Virus record (IMG/VR): IMGVR_UViG_3300020045_008999
Location: 288,001 to 352,000 of that record
Reading direction: 5' to 3' (one strand)
DNA length: 64,000 nt
Source of the DNA: a virus
Taxonomy: Duplodnaviria; Heunggongvirae; Uroviricota; Caudoviricetes
The translations under genes and the position numbers were made by a program. Shown here one piece after another: positions 58,233 through 64,000 of the stretch. A model generated the notes under the pieces. The model worked only from the letters and a program-made list of their open reading frames with translations, was not told the DNA's origin and did not search any database. The first letter of the stretch is position 1; every line of letters begins with the position of its first letter.

Positions 58233-59219
58233 ATGGCAACATATAGTAATGGTAATCCACAATCAAATGCTGAGAGTATTGGTCTTGATGATATGATGGT
58301 CCGATTGAAAAATAACATGAATAATGACATTGCTGCCGAAGACGTTAGGTGGACAGCTTTTTCGTTATGGGATAAAATTGAGGCATTGGGTAGTATGATT
58401 TCAGATTATACATACAGTAACTCACAATCTACATTAACACCAGTTGGTGGTGTCCCTGTGGGGGCAACTTTTTCAAACTTCACATTGGATCAAATGTTCA
58501 ATGCGATGTTTTACCCAATCCAAAATCCATTATTATCCTTAATGGTTACTGCGAATCCGGTTAGAGAATTAGGGAGTAGTAATGTGGTAAACTTAGCATA
58601 TTCTGTTACCAAACGCACGGAAAACATTACTAGTATTATTGTAAATAATGGTTCAAATTTATATCCGGTATTATCTGGTAGTAGTGTCACAACGATTAGT
58701 CAAAATATAAATACAACATTGGCCATGACTGTGATTAGTGGTGTGAATACTATAGATACCACAACGTCAACAGTTACTTGGTTAAATAGCATATATATAT
58801 TCGGATTGACTTTTAATGCAATATATGATCTCACCAACAATCCATCAAGTGCAAGTATACTTGGTGGTTATTTGTCTGCCTCAATGACACTGTCAAGTGG
58901 AAATTTAATTACTACCAATACTACTACATCTAATATTGCATCAACTACGATAGCTGGAGGTACTCGAAATCAATTAAAAAGTGATCGACTTGGGACATAT
59001 TTAAATATTGGTGGTGGTAATAAATATATAACAATTGCATTACCAACATCATTTGGAACACCATCGTTTGAAACAAATGGGATGGTAAATACTGCTTTTA
59101 CCAAAATTGTATCTGCGCACGCTTTTAGGAATGCAAGTGGTTATACAGCCACTACATATGATGTTTGGATGAGTAATACACCAATGAATTCAACGTTGGG
59201 GTCACTTAAAATAACATAA
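58233..59219 (+). CDS. Virion structural protein (tail/fibre-associated, beta-rich)
   Basis: Late motif 58202-58210; Thr/Ser/Asn-rich with an Ig-like middle segment. Confidence 0.55.
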   Translation: MATYSNGNPQSNAESIGLDDMMVRLKNNMNNDIAAEDVRWTAFSLWDKIEALGSMISDYTYSNSQSTLTPVGGVPVGATFSNFTLDQMFNAMFYPIQNPLLSLMVTANPVRELGSSNVVNLAYSVTKRTENITSIIVNNGSNLYPVLSGSSVTTISQNINTTLAMTVISGVNTIDTTTSTVTWLNSIYIFGLTFNAIYDLTNNPSSASILGGYLSASMTLSSGNLITTNTTTSNIASTTIAGGTRNQLKSDRLGTYLNIGGGNKYITIALPTSFGTPSFETNGMVNTAFTKIVSAHAFRNASGYTATTYDVWMSNTPMNSTLGSLKIT

Positions 59220-59257
59220 GTATAGACTGTGTATAATTATAAAATAATTTAAAAAAA

Positions 59258-60178
59258 ATGAGTACTAATAATATAGGTTCCCTGGTTTCTTCACCGATTA
59301 GGCCAAATAATCCAGATGACATTATCGCTACTGCTTATGCAAGTGAAATAAAGGGTGGGCATCATTCTGTCGAAACAATCGCACTTAGAAATTCAATTAT
59401 ATCTCAAAGGAGAGAATTGGGTATGTTATGTAGTGTGTATAATGATCCAGGTTTTAATGGCACTTACCAGTTAAAATCGTACCCTAATACTTGGGAATTA
59501 TTCAATACGACTGAAAATTTGTCCAGTTCGTGGTTAAATTCAGTGATTGATACTATTAACATTTTACCAGGATCTCCGGCTATTGGTGATCGTTATTTAG
59601 CAGCGTTTGATAACACATCAGGGTTAATCCACACTGTTTATGAATATAAAGCAGTTGGATGGGTTACACAAGCTTCTGAAAATGGTGATGTGTTGGTAAT
59701 GAAAACCCAAAGTAATGTAATTTGGTATTATACTGGCACATATCCAAGTGGAAAGTGGATGAAACATCATATTGGTGGAATTTCTATTAAAAACTTCATA
59801 GTTGATGAAATAATTGAGGTACCTGAAAATTATCAATATTTTGTATATGGTGATTTGACCATTGATGGTGGGCAATTAATCAATTATGGTGAGGTTGTAA
59901 CCCTGAATGGGGACTTGATCATATTAAATGATGGAGTATTTATGAATTACGGTTCTTATTTATCACCTATTGTTGATCGTAAGAAATATGCGGCAGTCGT
60001 AACGACGGTACCCAATACCTCGTTAATATTGGTTCATAATATGAATACATTAGATGTTGTTGGTACATTATATTCGAATGGGGTTCCGGTCTCTATTGAT
60101 TTTATGGTTATTGATAATAATACTGTCTCAATCACAACCGTTAATGCAGTTTCGGGAAGAATTGTTGTTATGGGATAA
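59258..60178 (+). CDS. Virion structural protein with C-terminal HxL/M module
   Basis: KGG...V.T...RNSI...RR..GML..V N-terminal module; PGSPAIGDRYL; C-terminal HNMNT.DV..Y..G...D..V.D.NTV.I. Confidence 0.55.
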   Translation: MSTNNIGSLVSSPIRPNNPDDIIATAYASEIKGGHHSVETIALRNSIISQRRELGMLCSVYNDPGFNGTYQLKSYPNTWELFNTTENLSSSWLNSVIDTINILPGSPAIGDRYLAAFDNTSGLIHTVYEYKAVGWVTQASENGDVLVMKTQSNVIWYYTGTYPSGKWMKHHIGGISIKNFIVDEIIEVPENYQYFVYGDLTIDGGQLINYGEVVTLNGDLIILNDGVFMNYGSYLSPIVDRKKYAAVVTTVPNTSLILVHNMNTLDVVGTLYSNGVPVSIDFMVIDNNTVSITTVNAVSGRIVVMG

Positions 60179-60434
60179 TTTCTGATAATTTTGTCAGAAC
60201 TTTTTCTAAATTTTCTTTATTAAAATTAAATAGTGGAGTTCCGCCAATTTTAAGATAATCATTATACAATTGGTTATATTGATCAATTGTATAAATTTTA
60301 TTGGTAATTTCGGAATGTATTAATATAATACCAAGTGGTGAAACATCCTGATTGTGTGTAGGTGTGAGTCCTAGTTCAGTTGTATATTCAGTACCACTAA
60401 TTTCTTCGTTAAATAATTTCCATGTTTTAATCAT
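60168..60434 (-). CDS. Hypothetical protein, candidate internal head protein
   Basis: MIKTWKLFNEE N-terminus. Confidence 0.55.
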   Translation of the reverse strand: MIKTWKLFNEEISGTEYTTELGLTPTHNQDVSPLGIILIHSEITNKIYTIDQYNQLYNDYLKIGGTPLFNFNKENLEKVLTKLSEIIP

Positions 60435-60855
60435 TTTTTAGTGGTAATTTTTCGAAATATTCATCGTGGATTTCTAGTGTGTGATTATTTAAATTGAAGT
60501 TATAAACTATATTATATAAACAATTATCTTTTAATTTACTAATACCGGTGTTTGTTATTATACATATGTCATCTTCTATATATTTTACATCAATGATAGG
60601 TTCATTTGTGTAAATAACTTCTTTATTATTTTCTAATAGTACACTCACTTTATCATAAACACCAGATTTATTTAATAGGGTATAATCTTGCATATCATTC
60701 TTTGATATATTTGAAAAATTGTCTAAAAATTCTTGTTCTGATTTGGATATAATAATCCCTGATGACATTTTATCTAAAATGTCATTTAATTTATCATTTT
60801 TGATGGATTCATTAGTATTTAATAATTGCCACATGCCAAATTTAATTACATTCAC
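60427..60855 (-). CDS. Hypothetical protein with DUF6576-like motif, candidate internal head protein
   Basis: VIKF...LNTNES followed by LNDILDKMSSG..ISKSEQEFL; late motif 60876-60884. Confidence 0.55.
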   Translation of the reverse strand: MNVIKFGMWQLLNTNESIKNDKLNDILDKMSSGIIISKSEQEFLDNFSNISKNDMQDYTLLNKSGVYDKVSVLLENNKEVIYTNEPIIDVKYIEDDICIITNTGISKLKDNCLYNIVYNFNLNNHTLEIHDEYFEKLPLKND

Positions 60856-60938
60856 AATGTTTTTATTAGTTTATGTATATATTAATACGTGGATATGTCT
60901 TTTTAATATATAGATCAAATACACCACAACCTATTATT

Positions 60939-63869
60939 ATGGATAAGAAATTATTGGATGCATTAAATAATTTATCGGTAGCACTTGAAGATATTGCTAT
61001 TTTATTAGATGCTAAAAATTCACAAGCAAAGACTGATACCGGTCAAGCATTACAAAAAGGCGAATTTAATAATACTCTTATTTCTATTGAATCTAGCTTA
61101 CGTGATATTAAAAGTGATACCGCTGATATTAAAGATGGGCAGAATACTATTCTTAGTATGTTAAAAAATAATAAGGGAAAAAAAGTAGGTGTTAATGAAA
61201 ATAGAAAAAGAGGCGAGAATGTCAAAAATGCTTCGGGACAAAATAATCCATTTATTGGTGCAGGTGATGAGAATAATAGTAGTCGGATAAAGGATGGACT
61301 GACTTCTATATTATTGATAGCAGTTGGGGTTCTTGCAGTTGGTTTAGCTCTTCGATTAGTGGGTCCGGTGGATGTATTATCAGTTATAGGATTGTCGGTT
61401 GCTATTTTAATTTTGGGTAAAAGTTTTGCAGATATAAGTAAGGTTGAGGGAATGAATGCTCAGAAGATATTAATGGCATCATTGGCTTTAGTGGCCCTAT
61501 CATTTGCCATAGTCGCAGTATCTTACGTTTTGAATAGTGTACAACCAATTTCTGGTTTAAAATTGTTTACCGCGATATTAATTGCTGGTGCATTCACTGT
61601 ATTGTCATTCGGATTGAAGGGATTGGTGCAGGGAACTACTGGACTTAATATGTCTTCGGTGTTGTTATTGCCATTAATTTTGGTGGCGGTATCGGTGGCG
61701 ATAGCTTTATCATCAGAAATTCTACAAAATGTTCAGGTGGTTGGTATTGGTCAATTATTTACCGCGATAATGATTGCTGGGGTATTTACTGTATTATCAT
61801 TTGGAATGGGTAAATTGATGAGTGGTATTTCAAATGTGAAAAATCCAATTGCTGCCATGATAATACTTCCATTGGTTATGATTGGGTTATCATATGCTAT
61901 AATGGAATCATCTAAAATTTTATCAAGAATAGTTCCAATTACACTAGGTAATTTTATCACCGCTGTTGGTATTTCGATATTATTTACGATTGCCGCATTC
62001 GCATTGCCTATAATTAGTAAAGCAATAGAAAACATAAATATTGGGAAGATATTATTACTACCAATAGTTATGACTGCAATGGCTGCAGCGATTACAGCAT
62101 CCTCATGGATATTAGCCGAGGCTAAAACTATTGACCCTGGTAAATTATTCAATATTGTATTGGTTGGGGTGGCAGTTGCTATAATTGGAGTGGCATTAGG
62201 ATTTAGTATGGGGATTGTTGGTAAATATGATCCGAGTACTTTAATAAAAGGTGGATTGAATTTAATTATAATCGCAACCGCAATTGTTGCAGCATCTCAT
62301 ATATTATCACTCGGGAACTATGATACTAAAATTAGCATGGGTTGGGTTGCCGGTATTGGTGGTGCATTATTAGTATTTGGATTAGCCACTGTTGCATTGG
62401 GCGCATTATCATTGACTGGTATTGGTGCGGGTGCTATAATTGCGGGTGCATTAATGACCTTGGTCATTGCTGGGTCTATTGTAGCCACATCACATATTTT
62501 GAGTGGTGGGAATTTCACTGGGGGGCCCAGTGTTGCCTGGTCAACAGCAACCGGATTAGCATTACTTGCGTTCGGTACGTCTAGTATAGCATTGGGTGCA
62601 TTGGTTGTTGGTACATTAGGCATTGGTGCCATTGCATTATCCGCAGGTGTGGTAGCGGTGAATATGATTGCGCAGTCTATTGTAGATGCATCTGTAATTT
62701 TAAATGGTGGTTCATTTTCTGGTGGGCCTACCGCTAAGTGGGCGGGTGGAGTTGCTATTGCACTTGCGGCCTTTTCACCTATATATGCAATGTTAGTTGC
62801 TAATAAAGTAATGAGCATTTTTGGTGGGGGTATAGGACCAGAGGATTTTAATAAAGCAATTGCTACAATATCTAGCGGAATTGTACATAGTGCAGTGATA
62901 TTGAAATCCGGTAATTTTACGGGTGGGCCTACCGCTAAGTGGGCAAGTGGTGTATCTACCGCAATTGGTGCATTCGCTCCGGTATATAAAGTTTTATTGG
63001 CAAATAGTGGATTTTTCAAGAGCGGTGTTTCTATGGATGACTTCAACAATGCTATTGCTACAATATGTAGGGGAATTATATTCAGTGCTACTATATTCAA
63101 TGATGCAAAGGGGGTCTTTAATATAAGTAACGTACCAAGTATGGAGTGGGGTAGAGGCGTTTCTAGTGCAATTGCAGCATTTTCACCAGTTTTTAAATTT
63201 GTATCAGAAAATAGTGGTTTTTTTAGTGGTAATGCTACTGAGAAAATGAATGCTAGTATAAAATCGGTTGCGTGGTCAATCGTTAATGTATCTCGAATAT
63301 TAACATTTGGAAAATGGGGATCCGTTATCCCGGATGGATATGTTAAAAGTATATCTAGTGCAATAACGCAATATATGAATTTGGTAAAGCAAATGGATGG
63401 GTCTAAAAATAATGGTATCATTAATAATTTACTTGGGATAAATTCAGTGGCAGAGAGTATGGTTGATGTATCAAAGGGAATTGATGCACTTGCTAAGTCG
63501 ATGAATAATCTGAATTCATCTATCGATGTTGATAAGATGAATGCTTTAAAAAATTTAACCGGTACCGTTGTTATGATGTCTTTGATGGATAGTGATCAAT
63601 TTGGTAGTATGATGGATAAATTAGAGGAAAAATCTAATGTATTGGCCGGGGTTATTAATTCGATGAGTGGTGAAACAAATTCTAACACATCATCAAATAT
63701 TAGAACACCGAGTTATGGCAATGTGAACAACGGTAAATCGAATGATGATCTTTTCGAGGTATTGACTTCTATGGATAAAAAACTAGGACGTATTTCTGAA
63801 AGTAATAATATAGTTTCAAATTACATTAATTCATTGACTACTAACATACGAATCAAGAAAAAAAATTAA
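60939..63869 (+). CDS. Tape-measure-like protein with extensive hydrophobic repeats
   Basis: Late motif 60904-60912; Ala/Gly/Ile-rich helical repeats, four GGP..W..GV..A..AF.P-type repeats, coiled-coil ends. Confidence 0.65.
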   Translation: MDKKLLDALNNLSVALEDIAILLDAKNSQAKTDTGQALQKGEFNNTLISIESSLRDIKSDTADIKDGQNTILSMLKNNKGKKVGVNENRKRGENVKNASGQNNPFIGAGDENNSSRIKDGLTSILLIAVGVLAVGLALRLVGPVDVLSVIGLSVAILILGKSFADISKVEGMNAQKILMASLALVALSFAIVAVSYVLNSVQPISGLKLFTAILIAGAFTVLSFGLKGLVQGTTGLNMSSVLLLPLILVAVSVAIALSSEILQNVQVVGIGQLFTAIMIAGVFTVLSFGMGKLMSGISNVKNPIAAMIILPLVMIGLSYAIMESSKILSRIVPITLGNFITAVGISILFTIAAFALPIISKAIENINIGKILLLPIVMTAMAAAITASSWILAEAKTIDPGKLFNIVLVGVAVAIIGVALGFSMGIVGKYDPSTLIKGGLNLIIIATAIVAASHILSLGNYDTKISMGWVAGIGGALLVFGLATVALGALSLTGIGAGAIIAGALMTLVIAGSIVATSHILSGGNFTGGPSVAWSTATGLALLAFGTSSIALGALVVGTLGIGAIALSAGVVAVNMIAQSIVDASVILNGGSFSGGPTAKWAGGVAIALAAFSPIYAMLVANKVMSIFGGGIGPEDFNKAIATISSGIVHSAVILKSGNFTGGPTAKWASGVSTAIGAFAPVYKVLLANSGFFKSGVSMDDFNNAIATICRGIIFSATIFNDAKGVFNISNVPSMEWGRGVSSAIAAFSPVFKFVSENSGFFSGNATEKMNASIKSVAWSIVNVSRILTFGKWGSVIPDGYVKSISSAITQYMNLVKQMDGSKNNGIINNLLGINSVAESMVDVSKGIDALAKSMNNLNSSIDVDKMNALKNLTGTVVMMSLMDSDQFGSMMDKLEEKSNVLAGVINSMSGETNSNTSSNIRTPSYGNVNNGKSNDDLFEVLTSMDKKLGRISESNNIVSNYINSLTTNIRIKKKN

Positions 63870-63899
63870 ACTTATTTATTATTTACGCATATAACAGAT

Positions 63900-64000
63900 A
63901 TGGGTAAAATATCAATAATACGTAAAATAAAGCTATTTAAAGAATATCTTAAAATTCTCAAAGATCGTGAAGTAGACTTAGAAAGTGAGTTCTCTGCTAG
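63900..64000 (+). CDS. Hypothetical protein, 5' end (runs off window)
   Basis: ATG 63900, MGKISIIRKIKLFKEYLKILKDRE...; AAAC-N18-TATAAC at 63868-63895. Confidence 0.55.
   Translation, partial: MGKISIIRKIKLFKEYLKILKDREVDLESEFSA

Noticed and set aside
60939-63869. Membrane transporter or permease call for the hydrophobic 976-aa protein
   Set aside because: No transporter signature; the repeat structure, coiled-coil ends and late promoter fit a tape-measure-like protein better.
1-64000. Stop-codon reassignment as in some Bacteroidota phages
   Set aside because: Long genes are intact in the standard code, coding density is high, and TAG and TGA terminate genes at sensible positions (e.g. 723, 19708, 26024, 45185).

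Overview
A 64 kb, AT-rich, gene-dense segment of a large T4-like (jumbo-type) myophage read in the standard genetic code. The host is very probably in Bacteroidota: TAnnTTTG host-type promoters, no Shine-Dalgarno sites, an Hc1-like histone gene, DUF6576-like motifs and autotransporter-like fibre repeats all point that way. The window holds four groups of genes. (i) A minus-strand tail-fibre operon including a 2314-aa fibre with a C-terminal intramolecular chaperone. (ii) A baseplate cluster: gp53-like wedge, a hub fused to a GH19 glycosidase, and a gp5-like spike with a His/Cys peptidase domain. (iii) Replication and recombination genes: UvsW, UvsY, primase, putative clamp, and only the C-terminal half of a family-B polymerase. 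(iv) Accessory enzymes: ClpP, two adenine methyltransferases, amidoligase, DHH and HAD phosphatases, two nucleotidyltransferases, HNH, WYL and zincins, plus a tape-measure-like protein. Three promoter classes can be read directly from the DNA: host-type TAnnTTTG, AAAC-N18-TATAAT before replication genes, and T(A/T)ATATATA before structural genes. The most striking unexplained pattern is about 15 unrelated proteins, all under the late motif, that share a short K-x-F...(I/L/F)NE peptide resembling the T4 capsid-targeting/prohead-protease signal. This suggests a large set of packaged, injected cargo proteins, including a WYL protein and a metalloprotease. All family calls come from recognising motifs by eye; no searches were run.
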